A DNA stretch of 63,209 nt, filler included, from Phoronis australis (GCA_002633005.1; 6 parts of 6 records of this genome joined end to end with filler, not necessarily neighbours in it); one strand, 5' to 3'. Shown: positions 49,211 to 62,634, counted from the whole stretch's first letter. The notes: a model not told the origin generated them from the sequence alone. Numbers and translations: made by a program.

Positions 49211-50125
49211 CACAGTTCAGTGAACCATCTTCAATTCATCTACTCTATAGCGATGTTCACGTATACTATACTCGTAGTCTTTGTCACTGTCTTCCACAAG
49301 GGTGCTCACGGCTTTCTTCACTGTACTTCTGGCAATGACACAATGACATTACTGATGGACGTTCTAGGCTATACATGTGCATTTCAGCAATGGAAAGCAA
49401 TTCTGCTTTCTTGAAGTTGCTCAAAATTTCGGGAGTTTCAATATGCTACTCTTCCAGCTAAAATGAGACGATCCTTTGTCAATGGACTAGGCTCTGAGAT
49501 AGGTTAGGAAAGATTAATATGGAATGATAATGGCTTGAAGTTCTGGTTGCTGGCAACCATCATGAACCTGTTGCACACTTCCTTGAGCACTGACTCCGTT
49601 TCATGTTGAAATTCAGTGGGCACGGATAGGCCGTAAAATGCAACAATTTCGTAAAATTGCAACAACTGTTATATTTTACGTCATTGTTATATCTTACGCT
49701 GCTAGACCTCTCCTAAACAAGTTGTTACATTTTACGCAACTGTTACATTTTACTTGGAATGTTCAGTAGTTTCTAGGACCTACATTTTAAAAGTCATATG
49801 ATCCGTTTTAAAAACACCGTGAATGTGAGTAAAAAATATTGAAACATACTCTCTGATACTTAATTAGAACGTTTCGTAAGTATGAGGTAATCTACTGTCT
49901 GTACATATTTCTTTTATTTTTCATTTTCTTAAAATCCGTGTGATCAAAACAAACGAATGTTACCAATAATACTGTGCGGTTTGACCTTTTGCAGCTCGAG
50001 ACAAATAGTCAGCTGTTGAAGGTACTTCTTTGAAGAAGAGAGATTCGCCTTAGCGAGATAATTCATTCGTTTCTTGAACATTTTGATGACGATATTGCTC
50101 CCTGTATGAGCTGAATTATATGAAA

Positions 50126-50225
50126 NNNNNNNNNNNNNNNNNNNNNNNNNNNNNNNNNNNNNNNNNNNNTTAATTAATTAANNNNNNNNNNNNNNNNNNN
50201 NNNNNNNNNNNNNNNNNNNNNNNNN
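50126..50225. other. Assembly spacer (44N-TTAATTAATTAA-44N)
   Basis: Same 100-bp linker. Confidence 0.97.
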
Positions 50226-51198
50226 TAAATCACCTCTCTCATTCCATTCTCTGTGTTGTTTCGCATTTCAGCCTGCCATCTGTTGTGGTGTAAGAAAACT
50301 CCCACTTTTGTTCCAACCACAAGTCAGAGTACTATTCAACCCTAAAATTATGAAGGATTTGGCTGCAAAGTTTTTATTAAACCACTGTTGAACCTTTGTT
50401 AGCAATTGAGTAGTCGTGTAGAAGATACAATTTGCGTCAGAATTTGTGAAAATCCTCAAAATTGAGTTCAAGTTGTTCCATTTATGTTTTGCTTTATTAT
50501 GAGATTTGCCACTCTTGTAAGTTCTCAGAAGGCCCTTTCGCACTGTCATTGACACATCAGTGTTTAGAGGGGCATCGTCAGTAGGAAGCGTAAATCCCAG
50601 GTGGACCAAAGTTTGTTGTGATGCCATCAGCAGGTATCCTGGCAACAAGAGTGCATGCTGTGTTAGAAATTTGGGAATGTTTTGTTCAATTATTCACCAT
50701 TCTTATACTGTGAGCATTTTATTTCAGTAAGTGACTGGAAATTTACAAATCTCTTTGTAGAGAATTCTTGTACTTGATATAGCAGCACTACCATTCTACT
50801 GCTATGAGCATTTATCTCAGTTATTATCCAAAAATTTATGTGCTCTTCATATTTAAAGAATAATTATAGTTAAATTTTTTAAACTTGAAATGGCAGTAGC
50901 GTTATCTTGCAATAAGTTCAACTGATCCTCGAATTTGGACATTTCTTAGGGTTACTCGTAAAGTACGCGGGCTAACTGGAGAGCTCAAGGTAATTTCGCA
51001 GTTTACATGGACGCACTTCTCACAGAGGATTGAACTTACTGGTAATGGAAAAACATGTGCAGGGCAGCACTGAAATAAGTGGGTGGGGGGGGGGGCTATA
51101 GGCCACAGCCCCCTATGATNGCTATAGGCCACAGCCCCCTATGATGCGCTGCCCATGGAAAGGCTTAAAGTGGCAAACATTTAGTGATGAAAAAATAA

Positions 51199-51713
51199 GG
51201 CCCTTTCATACTGACTTAACTCCGGTTTGAGCGGAGCGTCGACGCAAACTGCTAAGTTATCTGAGCCATTCATACTGGTTTTGGTAGTTAACAGACATCA
51301 AAGTAAACGGTAGGTGGCACTGTTGTCATTGAAATAATCGTCAGGTAGCGCAGAGGCATTGCTTGCTCACTAAAATTTTTTAATGTGACAATTTATGAAC
51401 ATTCATACATGGTTATTGACATAAAACTTATTTCTAATTCAACTGGTGGTTTTCCAAGCAAAATATAACCAACTATTAGCGGACACACTGCCCTTTAATT
51501 ATTGACGATAACAGTGGCTGATGGTGAGGACTTCGATGGGACTGAAGTTGACCATTTTTACTGCACAGCAGCATCGACACTCCGTTGTTATATCCACCTG
51601 CTTATTGCGAAGTTAACTGGCGCTGTTAATTTTGATCCAGGACCGAAGTTAATCAATCATACTGACCGCAACTCTCCAAAATATCCTTGCGTCAACATTA
51701 GTGTGAAAGGGCC
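51199..51713. mobile_element. Probable PIF/Harbinger-like MITE
   Basis: Short TIRs GGCCCTTTCATACT...AGTGTGAAAGGGCC; left flank TAA, right flank does not match. Confidence 0.5.
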
Positions 51714-53320
51714 TGTAGATATACTGGTATGAGAGTATTGTCTGCACGTTCTTTTGTTCATCTTTCAGTGTGACTTCAGTGTGGATTATTCAATTCTTCA
51801 ACTATGTAGCATACATTATGGCAGAAAAGTGAAATTATATTTTGCCAAATTTCACCACAGATATTAAAATCAAGAAGATTTTAGTATGTTTTTAACTTGG
51901 ATCATAAATTGTTTAGACGCCACAAAAACAGGATTTGGTAACGTTTCCATTATTTGCAACAAAGTAGAATTTTTGTGTGAAACAAATGGAGAATAAATAT
52001 CCTCTCTAGAATCTGACTACCTATAAATAAGTTTTAGAACCAATCAAAATTGAGGAATACCAGCAATCATAATCTCATGGTATTGGTATGTTGAACAATA
52101 TTAGTCAATCAAAGTTCACCCTTGTTTTTGTATTTCAAAACAGAATTAAAAATTAATGTAAAAGCATGTTTGTGCGACAACTACTGCTGCTATTGATAAC
52201 TCCTACCAATGAATGTGCGGTTAGCATGGGGTGAGCATCAGAGTCTATCTTCACAGAACTCTAGGAAATCGTGTCAACACTAGTTATGAATTGTGAGTTA
52301 TTGTGTGGTTGTTAAAATTTACACCTAAATTCGTTGGGATTCCATTTTCTTCAGTTCTGTTTGTAGACTGAGCGAAGATTGTTTGTTCTAATGTCAGGGC
52401 TCCATGTTCAAATATTTTCGTCCGCAGCGATCTCTATCCATACCACCATGACTGAACCAGTCTTGATGTCAACCTATGAGAAAGTGGACCCGTTCGTGGC
52501 ACCATGTACTTGTCAATGGATTTTTAATTATTTCACGTTTGTAATTGAGTTCCTATGTTAAAAGGGCAGTGTATAGTATCACTTTTAACCTAAGTAGCCA
52601 AAATAGAGGAGTTCTGCTTTGGTTCACTGGTACCCGTTCAAGTTGATGATTTCGTACTGTAGTTCCATTTGGTTGTTGTAATTCTTTGAACCTGACAGAT
52701 AATTGCTCTGCGAGTGATTCTGGACAAAAGACCACTGGAGCAGCAGAAGATGCTTTTCAACATAGTTGCCATAACTGCCATGATTCCCCTGTCCATGAAA
52801 ACCTTCAGTACCCCTTATTACTTGTTTATTGTTTGATTCTGACTCATCATCTGCGAAATGTATAGCTTTGTCCACACTAGAAATTCTGGATATGGCAGTA
52901 ACTATGTCTGGCCTGGTGAGAGCTCTGGGCAGGAATGTTTTCCAGAGTGCAAAAGAGTTCTGTCACTCAAGGTTGACTAATTTCTATAGTAGCAAATGCC
53001 CTACAAATGATATCATAGAACATGAGAGACATTTGAAGTTTCAAACTTGCACTGCAATACACTTACTGTGACTGCACTTTGCTGTGTTGTATGATTCTCA
53101 TCTGGAAACAAGAGAATATGAAGTGTTGATCAGTGATCGTGATTGCTTGATTTACTTAAGCATTATAGCAGTTAAATATTCAATAATTTAATTTGAATAA
53201 CAGAAGTAAGAAGCTTCGACATTTTTTGTTGCTTATTTACCATTTGGTGTCGGAAACATTAACAGTACTGGTGCTCCTGCTGTTGCCCGCTCATGACAAA
53301 TTTTAGTATCTAGTAAAACA

Positions 53321-53420
53321 NNNNNNNNNNNNNNNNNNNNNNNNNNNNNNNNNNNNNNNNNNNNTTAATTAATTAANNNNNNNNNNNNNNNNNNNNNNNN
53401 NNNNNNNNNNNNNNNNNNNN
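53321..53420. other. Assembly spacer (44N-TTAATTAATTAA-44N)
   Basis: Same 100-bp linker. Confidence 0.97.
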
Positions 53421-53558
53421 AAAATATGGGCGGTGGGTACGAAATAAAAGTGCCTTCCCCCCCTCCCATACAGATTTTGCTGGAACAGCCCTAAGTCATT
53501 TTGATAAGAACACGTTAAATGCGATTTCTTGTAATCAACTAACATTTGTCAATTGCAG

Positions 53559-53654
53559 ATCCTGCGCGAGGCTTCATCACAGCGTGTCAAGCGCAATCGC
53601 TCTTGCCTAGAGCCTTGCTTGAGACTACTTGCCTCTAGTTTGGAGACTCTCACT
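53559..53654 (+). CDS. WDR59: GATOR2 subunit WDR59, internal exon (ILREASSQRVKRNRSCLEPCLRLLASSLETLT)
   Basis: ttgcag/gtaagt, phase 0 to 0; matches recalled WDR59 'ILKDTALQKVKRGQSCLEPCLRQLVSCLES'. Not in the ORF track. Confidence 0.85.
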
Positions 53655-53771
53655 GTAAGTTGTATTACATCAATGCGGGGAATTTTGTATTGAACTATTA
53701 CTTTCACTGTGTGACGTTTTTGACGAAACAATTGAATTTAATGCTTAGAACAGTATGGGATTGTGTGTGTG

Positions 53772-56700
53772 TGTATATTCCACTAATATTCAACTACTAA
53801 CATAACGTTCCAAATCAGAGAGCGTTCTGCTAGAACGCGTCATCATGAACGTGGTGTTAAATCTCGCGTATGTGACATCTCCCCTCTTAACAAAACAAGA
53901 ACTAGAAAACTAACGATCAACTACAATGGTGTACAAAACGTCCAAGTGTTTCTAACTAAGAGCAAAATCCTTGTAACACTCAGGAAGTCTAATCTCTCGC
54001 CTAGGATGGGCTGAGGGTTCAGCAACGGGTGTGACTTTGTTGTCTCACAATTATCAAGTGCTCTAGCGGTGTCCCACGTCCCCTCTGCAGGGTCCTGTAA
54101 CGGAACATCTGCTGAAGGTTTGGCAACAGGCGCAGCTTTGTTGTCGCAGTTGCTAGATGTTCTAGTCGTCTCCCTCGGCTACTCTAGGGGATCTTGTAAC
54201 GGGACCTCTGACACTACACTGGCTTTATGTGCACCCTATTTCNAGTCTGACTGTCTATGACCGTGTATGACCTTTCCCCATCCACAGATGTCACAATTCC
54301 GCGTGACCACTTATTAGGCAGATCTGAGGGGTTCTTGAGGAATGATACGGGTTGGCTTTCCTCTAACGGACAGGGATAGCTTTTTGACTTGTTCTTCGCT
54401 TCAGCATATAGGACTCAACGCGGACCAGCCTGTTCAGAAAGAGCTGTATCCGTCATGTACACGGGAATGCATGGCAAGTCTGTTTTGACTTTCCTGTGGA
54501 ACATCAGCCCAAACGGGGAAGAGATGCTCTGGCTGATCGGGGTATCTCGTATTATCAAAAGAATATCGTCTATTGCCAAGTCATCATTCTTTGACTTCTC
54601 CATGAGTAATTTTATCTTTCCCAACGTTCTCTCGCATCTACCATTCTGCCACTGGGAGTGGGGTGTAGCAGGCGTGTGGGTTATGTTATACTGCATACAC
54701 ATTTCCTGGAACATTTCACTCATAGACTGCGTGCCTTGGTCACTAACAATCTGTGTTGGATACTCGAACTCATTGCATGTCTCTTTTACGTGCTTCACGA
54801 TGCTGGCTGCATCTTGAGTTTTCAAGTGCCTTATCCAAGGAAAACCTGTGTGATAGTCAACAATGCACGAATATGTCTTCTGCTTGTGATGGAAAACATC
54901 CAGTCCTACCATCTGCATGGGCATGGTAGTCGTAACGGGGATGACTATTGGCTTTTTGCTTTGGTTGATTTTCTAGACATTCTGGGCAAGTAAGAATCAT
55001 TTGCTTGATCTGTTCTGTCATACCAGGCCAGAAGAACTTTTCTTGGGCACTCCTTCGTGTGCTCGATGAAGTCTCTTCAAGAGGTATCCTCTCATTATTT
55101 GGGGAATAACTATCCTGCATCCTCAGATTAAAACCCCATTCAGCCATGCTAAATCATGTCTGTAATTCCAGTAAGCCATGGTTTGGTCTGGCATTTGGTT
55201 CTTATGCTCGGGCCACCCTTTTTAATAAATGGCAACAATGCCATCAAAACTGGGTCTTTGGAAGTTTCAACTCGTATCTTTTGAATGTCCGATCCAGTCG
55301 TAGTGTTCACCTCGAGAATTCCAATGGTGGTGATATCTGGTAAAACTGGCTCTTGCTTGGGTCTAAGCGGAACACACCTTGACAAACAATCTGGAACATG
55401 CATCTCACTTCCTTTCTTATAAACAACTTTCATCTCATAGCCTTGCAACATTCGAACCATATGTTGCAGCCATGGGGGTATGCTGTGAATGTCTTTCTTG
55501 AAGATAGTTTGTAATGGCTGGTGGTCTGTGTGGACTGTAAACTTTTGTCCGTAGACATACTGCATGTAATGCAAGATGTGTCCACACAACGCCCAGCAGC
55601 TCTCTCTATATATTTGAATACCTGGTTGCTGCATCTGCCAGGCTTCTTGATGCAAAATTAATTGGCCTGCCCTCTTGAGTCAAACAAGCTCCCAATCCCT
55701 TTAGTGAGGCATCACATTCAATTGTTATCTCTTTAGCTGGATCAAAATACCGGAGGGTCTCCGCTTTAAGGACACATTCTTTCAAGCTATTCAGCATCTG
55801 TGTGTGTTGATCAGTCCAAGTGAAATCGTCTTTTTTCAACAGTCATCTTAGCTCATAAGCCTTAACAGACAAGTTAGGGATAAATTTGCCAAGGTACGTA
55901 AAGCAGCCCAGTAAGGACTGTTATTCAAGCTTGTTGTCAGGTGGTGCTATTCTCCCAATAGCTTCCAACTTTTTAGGGTCTGGCTTAACGCCTTGTGGTG
56001 TAAGTACGTGGCCAAAGTAACGAATCTCTGCCGGAAGTATCTTTGCTTACTTTGGATTCAACCGAAATCTTGACTCTCTGCAGCACTGAATGATGTGATT
56101 CAGGGCAATATCATGATCACGTCTCATCTGTGCTGCAATCAAGATATCATCTGCGATGCAGTAAACATTCTCCAAGTCTCTAAATGTGTCGTCAATGGCA
56201 CGTTGGAAGACATCATGTGAGCTATTAAGCCCAAAGGGCAATCGCTGATAGCTGTATCTGCCAAAGGGACTGTTAAGTGTAAGCAAGGGAAAACTCTGTG
56301 GATGCATCTCAATATTCCAGTAATCACATGACTGATCTTGTGCCGAGAAATACCTAAACCCATTTAGCCGCGTTATTATTCCCTCCAAGGTAGGAGTGTA
56401 ATGGTGGGGTCTTTTCACAGCCCTTCAGTCTCCATGGTGCTTGAAATGTCATTTGGATAATTATTCACATTGCTGTAATAACTTCCTTATCCAATCATAA
56501 AATTGATCAACAGTCTCATCGGCTTGCTGCTTGACAAACTTTAATTTCATCCGTGAGGCATTCCACGATCCTTTTGTGCCTTCCTTCTTGGCACAAATGC
56601 CATCGAAAAACATCCACAGGTGGTTTATCTACTCGTTATCATTACCATCAAAGGGGTGATTTGCATGTTTCACACATGCTTCTGGACCCATCCACATTAA

Positions 56701-57103
56701 CACCTTATTGACTTGGTATTTTTCTTCAAGTCCATCGTAACAATTCAGAATTTTTTGTGTCAGTGTTTTAAACTGAATGTATTCGTCATATAGTTTTTTA
56801 CTAGAAAATTCAAGTTGTTTCGGCATTTTTACACCATGTAAACGAGCCTTTCCTGTGGCTTCTATGTCATCTCTCGAGGTCATTTTGTTTGTTTAAGCTT
56901 ACCGTTAAATTTACAACTGTCTTTCACTTTATAAGGACTTGCTGCTGATCCATCACGTTGAGGTCACCATGTAGAATTAAGATAGACATATTAATAAATA
57001 TATTCCACTAATATTCAACTACAAAAGATAACATTCCAAATCAGAGAGCGTTCTGCTAGAATGCGTCATCATGAACGTGATGTTAAATATCGCGTATGCG
57101 ACA
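53772..57103 (-). mobile_element. Decayed, internally deleted Ty3/gypsy LTR retrotransposon with both LTRs
   Basis: 5' LTR 57103-56970 (TG...CA, 134 bp); PBS TGGTGACCTCAACGTGAT at 56969-56952; gag fragment; RT (RLPFGL...YCIADDILI); RNase H (CDASLKGLGACL, VHTDHQPL); integrase (IVSDQGTQ, PHSQWQNGRCER); PPT AAGAGGGGAGA; 3' LTR 53877-53772; TSD GTGTG. Confidence 0.93.
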
Positions 57104-58280
57104 GTGTGGTGATACAATTTGCACTGATTTCTCTTTTTACAGACCCCCTCTTCATTAAGGGTACATCCGAAACTTTTCTGCTCCTCATTCTTCAACTTTG
57201 AAAAATGTTGAAAGTGTATGCCAGCCCTCCCTCCTATTATTAAGTTTTGTGCATCCCATCCTAGCACCTTTGTTACTAAGGGTTGCAGTTCTTCAAACAG
57301 CTTTTTAATAAAACTTGTCCATCCACAAAATATTAATTTTGATAACTCCGTCACAGAATCTCTCAGTTCTTTCATGAGATGCAGACTACAGTTTTTTCTT
57401 CGTATTTTCTAGATGAACGCAAAACTATTATTTGTATGAAAACAAAGCCCCTGTCTTAGGTACAGTGAACAACAAAATACCATTTCCTGGCATGACAGTT
57501 AATTTCACCTGCAGATTTTTTCACACCTTATTCCAGGTGAAAATGACATGTCACCCTAGCTGTAATCTGTTCTCGCCATCTTCCAAGCTATATTGTCGTA
57601 TTATTTATGTCCAGAATGTTGACCTAATTCCAGGCAGTGTACATGACTGCAATATTACAGCACGAGACAAAAGTAATTGGACAAGATGTCATTTTCCAGT
57701 CATGACGGCTAATTCAGAAATCTTAACAGCAGAAATGTCTGGTAATACATGTAGCTATTAGGGCTGCAAAATTCTAATTACAGACAAGTGTAGCCACCTT
57801 ACTAACTTTCCTGTCAATTCTTCGTCATTCGCGGTCATTAGGGAAGTCTACTCTGACGATGGTTTCAACTTTCATCCAGCCGTCATGATGGGGAATGTTG
57901 TCTCAATACTTTTTGCTTGTACTGTATAATAAGCCGCATTATGTCATCCACTACACAACAGTGTATTGTTTTTGCGTTACGTTTTCTGATACAACATTAA
58001 CAGCGATGAATGTTTTAAATCTTTGATTGGTCAAAATTTCAGTTTTGATAGCACATGCTTTGGTGTGGTTTTAACACCAGGTTTTAATGCACACCGTAGA
58101 ATAGTGCCTGCATCTGGCCTGTGTAACTAAAATTCCAATTTGAAAAATGATTACGAAAAGCCCATTTGCATAGTCATTGCTTGTTTTCCTGAATATTTGA
58201 ACATGGCTTTAAAGCATGATCTCACTATAATCCTTTTATTCCTCGAATCTGACCTTCAAACTCTTTTCTGTGTGTTATAG

Positions 58281-58416
58281 CTGGACAACAAATCTCCCAA
58301 AGACAGCGACTCTGTGTACAGCATGCCGACAACCCGACCTTTCTATCGTTACGGAGCCTTCCAAGATACTTCGGTCCCGTTTCCTCGAACGTCGGGTGCA
58401 AAATTTTGTGGGGCAG
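58281..58416 (+). CDS. WDR59: GATOR2 subunit WDR59, next internal exon (LDNKSPK...YGAFQDTSVPFPRTSGAKFCGA)
   Basis: ttatag/gtaatt, phase 0 to 1; matches recalled WDR59 'YGSYQDANIPFPRTSGARFCGAG'. Confidence 0.88.
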
Positions 58417-59254
58417 GTAATTAACTCAGTGCTGCATTATGTCTTCTTTCAGTTGCAGTTCTGTACATATTTCATAAAGGTTACAGTGCTGAGATTATAA
58501 ACATGATGGTTAGCTAAAGGTGCCGACGACCGTATTGGCAAAACTAATTTTTCCTTCAGATTACTGAATTGGTCTCAACTTGTTTCTTACATACATTAGG
58601 TGAAAAAGATTAATATTCGCTGTGAAGGACAGACACAGTAAGTTGGCTTGAAAGCATTCATTTGGTCAATGTAACCATAAGGTCGCCATGTAGTGTCCGA
58701 TCGCAGAAGCAGGATTATATTTGTCCAGCCATATTACTTTCGGCCCTTTATGTGAGGATTCCCTCAAAGCCAACTTATTGAGCCTGATGTAACAATCTGC
58801 CAATGCTTCCCAAGATGAGAAATCTCTCCCAATGACCTATGTGAGACCAGTATTTACATGGTAAATGGTCTGCAGCGTATTTGCAAAGAAGTTCACTTGT
58901 CATTGTATTTAAAGGCGAAGGCAACCTTTTTTCATGTCAGTTTTATCAAAAATAAGGTTCGTTGGTTATCCCAGACATATTTTCAACTTAATTACAGCTT
59001 TTCGTAATTTAATTAATTATTCGTTCTCTACTCCGGAAGTGACGTTTTGGGAGGCAAGAAATTCGCGCCAATTTCTTTTCATATAGTCTGACTATGAAAG
59101 CTGTCAAGTCCGTCATTGATCTACCTCGGTTGTGATAAGTTCGGTCGTCGTTTGCTTTTGTTTACGAGTCAGTCAACTTGCCACACTGTTGCTGTGTACC
59201 GGGATGTACTCATTATGGCCCAAAGCCTGTAAGCAGCCCTGCTGCGATGTTGAG

Positions 59255-59354
59255 NNNNNNNNNNNNNNNNNNNNNNNNNNNNNNNNNNNNNNNNNNNNTT
59301 AATTAATTAANNNNNNNNNNNNNNNNNNNNNNNNNNNNNNNNNNNNNNNNNNNN
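59255..59354. other. Assembly spacer (44N-TTAATTAATTAA-44N)
   Basis: Same 100-bp linker. Confidence 0.97.
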
Positions 59355-59613
59355 AATAAACAAGTAGTTAAAAAGTAATGAAAATTGTGAACTGCAAATC
59401 ATAAAGATTTAACAAAATAACAAGAAAAAACCAGAGAAAGTAACTAAACAGTACAAAAACTGAAACCATCTCCTTTTAGATAAGTGAATTGCAGATAATT
59501 GTAGTCACAGCTTTGATACTGCCATATTCTTAATATGTACTGCACCAAAACCAAAGAAGCGCCCTCTACATTCAGAACCAGTATTGACCGAGGTCACACT
59601 ATTATTGACTGAC

Positions 59614-59708
59614 CTTTTGACTTCTCCTCAACTCCACCTTGCTCAGTTTTATCACATACTCCTCTGGGAACATGCCAGCTCGGCCATGCAGCGAACCAAA
59701 CAGCCAGC
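59614..59708 (-). CDS. MYO15: Unconventional myosin XV, SH3 C-terminal exon (GWLFGSLHGRAGMFPEEYVIKLSKVELRRSQK)
   Basis: tttcag/gtcagt, phase 1 to 0; SH3 'GW..G...GR.G.FP..YV'. Confidence 0.85.
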
Positions 59709-60215
59709 CTGAAACAAAACAGTTTACAACACATCTGCCTGCTGCAGGAGTTTGGGTATTTCAATTAATGTAAAACATCAAGTTTTAAATTTTAATCATA
59801 CCATACAAAACTACCTTAACTTGTACTTGTCCTTCAAATTAGAAGTCATTTGTCATTTGAGGGCTTCAGGTATAAGTCTTAACTGCTGAAAATCGAGCAA
59901 CTAGTTGGACTTTGTAGATTGCTATTGGTCAACTAAAAGCAATTTGACTGTTCATTGAATGGGAACAGACGTACTGACTCTGCGTCCCAACACAAGATGG
60001 AATTACTGGTAGTTGTTAAGCAGCTTTCAATTGACAGAATCTCAGAAGAAAAAATTCTACAATTACTTTTTCATCTTTCATTGTTGCGAAAGTCCATAGT
60101 TCTCAAAACATTTTCTGTTTGTAGCTACATGGCATGTATCTTTTACAAAAAAACAAGAAAAATGCCACACGTTAACCAAATTGTGTCCTAATTTATTAAG
60201 ATTATACTACAGTAC

Positions 60216-60381
60216 CTCTATCCATCTTCATGTCCTTGCTAGGCAGCTTGATCAAGTCTCCCTTTCTGAAGGAAAGCAGTGTGGACTCGTGCGTGATGTA
60301 GTTCTTGACCGCTTTGACATACATACTGTCACGGTCAGCCTCGATACAGAAGGCGTCCACAAGATTTTTTATTTGTTTAGC
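60216..60381 (-). CDS. MYO15: Unconventional myosin XV, SH3 N-terminal exon
   Basis: AKQIKNLVDAFCIEADRDSMYVKAVKNYITHESTLLSFRKGDLIKL resembles MYO15A '[46 protein letters not shown]'; ttctag/gtactg, phase 0 to 1. Confidence 0.87.
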
Positions 60382-61209
60382 CTAGAAAAAGAAAACTTAT
60401 AAAGAGAAGCCGGAATTTTAAATTAAAAAGCCTTGCTCAGTTAGTGCTGAAGTCTACAGCTTGAGCAAGATCAATGTCCCGTATGTCATCACCAACAGCA
60501 TCTTTTACAAGGTAAACTTGAACTTCACCATTGACATGCACTCACCCTATGAATCACATACAGTGAAGATACAAGTGAATTGAGCTGCTTGGAACATTCC
60601 CATTACATGTAGTAACGTAGCTATGTAGCAAACTTGGTAATAGCCTGTAGGAGTTGCAAAGCAAGTCAGACATGCTCTATTCAATAGAGACACACCTGGC
60701 ATGACGATTATTCAAGCAGTTTGAGGTCTAGACAGTCAGACAGATGACAAATAACATAAAAACAACAGAAAAGCCACTAGAGGTCCCAACATAGGTCAAA
60801 CCCATCTCTATAACAGGGCAGTTAGTGTTATCTATCTGATGTCAACTTATTTGCCAAATTTCACGAACATCCACCAATGAACTGGGTGGATATCAAGGCA
60901 AACACAAAGTTGCCACCAGGACACTCCGCTCTAGTCGGATTTGTCTCAGAATCCACAACAGTTGTACTCTCCTTGGCACTAGTCACTCAATACAAGTCAG
61001 CATTTTGTGAACCAATTTCTTCCAATGAATCAAACTGGGTCTTCAAACTATGGGACCCTGTAAGTGACCATTGCTCTGTCTCCCAGAAACATATGCTAAA
61101 TTTCACGAAGATCCAAAAAAGAACTCATACTGAGCCACAGACAAAAATAATAAAATTTCCAAAAGGGGGCACCACAGCAGTGAGACCCGTTAATACAGAA
61201 TCAAGCAAT

Positions 61210-61650
61210 GAAGTTACACAACCTAGTAAGTTATTCAGGGCACCATTACACAACGTAAGACAGTCACAGCAACGTTAAAAAACAAGAAATTCGTAGCACC
61301 GTTACAAAACAGACATTTGCAGCCCCATTACACATTACAAGACATTCACAAGTACCATTACACAAAAACAGACATTCACTGCACCATTACACCCCTAACA
61401 CACATTCACAGTATCAATACCCAACATAAGACATTCACAGCACAATTACACATTATAAGACATTTATGGCACCATAACACAACATAACACATTCACTGCA
61501 ACCTTTCCCCGGCATAAGACATTCACGACACCATTACCCAAAATAAGACATTCACAACAGCCTTACCCAACATAAGACATTCACAGCACTATAATTACAC
61601 ATTATAAGACATCCACGACACCATTACACAATGTAAGACATTCAGGGCAC
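61210..61650. repeat. ~29-30-bp degenerate minisatellite in a myosin XV intron
   Basis: Unit ~AGACATTCACAGCACCATTACACAACATA repeated about 14 times. Confidence 0.9.
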
Positions 61651-61660
61651 CGTGGCTCAC

Positions 61661-61751
61661 CCTCGGTGTGTAGGCGGTCATCCACTCCCCGTTCAGGTTG
61701 ATCTGGACAGTATTATCCTTGGGAAGCAGGACTTCCAGCACATCAGCGTAT
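61661..61751 (-). CDS. MYO15: Unconventional myosin XV, exon upstream of SH3 (YADVLEVLLPKDNTVQINLNGEWMTAYTPR)
   Basis: cattag/gtgagc, phase 2 to 0; resembles MYO15A 'FAEVLGVECRGGSTLELSLKSEQLVLHTAR'. Confidence 0.8.
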
Positions 61752-61777
61752 CTAATGAAATAATGAGTAGAACGATC

Positions 61778-61877
61778 NNNNNNNNNNNNNNNNNNNNNNN
61801 NNNNNNNNNNNNNNNNNNNNNTTAATTAATTAANNNNNNNNNNNNNNNNNNNNNNNNNNNNNNNNNNNNNNNNNNNN
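61778..61877. other. Assembly spacer (44N-TTAATTAATTAA-44N)
   Basis: Same 100-bp linker. Confidence 0.97.
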
Positions 61878-62185
61878 AGAATGGCTGCCAGCATGGCTAC
61901 AGTGACAATACATAGAGAATGGCTGCCAGCATGGCTACAGGGACAATACACAGAGAATGGCTGCCAGCATGGCTACAGGGACAATACACAGAGAATGGCT
62001 GCCAGCATGGCTGCAGGGACAATACACAGAAAATTCGAAAACACGCAAAAATACCAGAATAGGATTGGCTAGCTAGCAGCGAATCACAACTCAGTCTAAC
62101 AGTGTCAACGACTCATGGGAAACCTGTGCATTGAGTGAGGGCGTTTCTGTGTATTGCACCTGTAGCCACACTAGCATCCATTCTT
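61878..62185. repeat. 38-bp minisatellite (4 copies to ~62030) plus an inverted copy at ~62147-62185
   Basis: AGAATGGCTGCCAGCATGGCTACAGGGACAATACACAG x4; CTGTGTATTGCACCTGTAGCCACACTAGCATCCATTCT is a diverged reverse complement. Confidence 0.85.
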
Positions 62186-62491
62186 GCTTGACAATGGTGG
62201 ATGTTTTACTTCCGAAACATGCAGCTACATTTTAAAAAAGTTATTGTCTTTATTCAAACTTCAATAGTGTTCGTCAGCGCGAGATCTTTAAGTAAAAGTT
62301 AGCTATGTCCACAAGTTCATGACTAACAAAAGACTGTGCAAGGTCAAATAACGAGCACAAGGGCAACTGAAGGTTCAGTTTTTGTCATCTGCAGCGATTG
62401 AATAATAACGCAAGAAGGACATTTAAGGCACCAATGCATTTCACTCACGTTCACAAGTACGAGAGCAGACATAAGCCAAAAATCTACCCAC

Positions 62492-62634
62492 CCTTACGCT
62501 CCTTCCTCTCTCGACTACGCTCCCGCCTCCTTCGTTCCCGATCTCGAGACCTTGACCTTGACTTACGTGGAGGTGAAGCTGACTGGCGCAACTTATCCCG
62601 ATCCCACTCTCTCAGTGGCTTGGCTTCATCACGG
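62492..62634 (-). CDS. ACIN1: Acinus-like RS-rich internal exon (RDEAKPLREWDRDKLRQSASPPRKSRSRSRDRERRRERSRERKERK)
   Basis: ttgtag/gtgggt; REWDRDK followed by RSRSRDR as in Acinus upstream of the RSB motif. Single exon only. Confidence 0.7.

Noticed and set aside
50226-53320. Several 60-126-aa ORFs and a possible exon near 52397-52505
   Set aside because: No recognisable homology or consistent splice chain.
58270-58500. ORF-track frame WTTNLPKTATLCTAC...
   Set aside because: Wrong frame; the phase-0 frame of the same exon gives the WDR59 signature.
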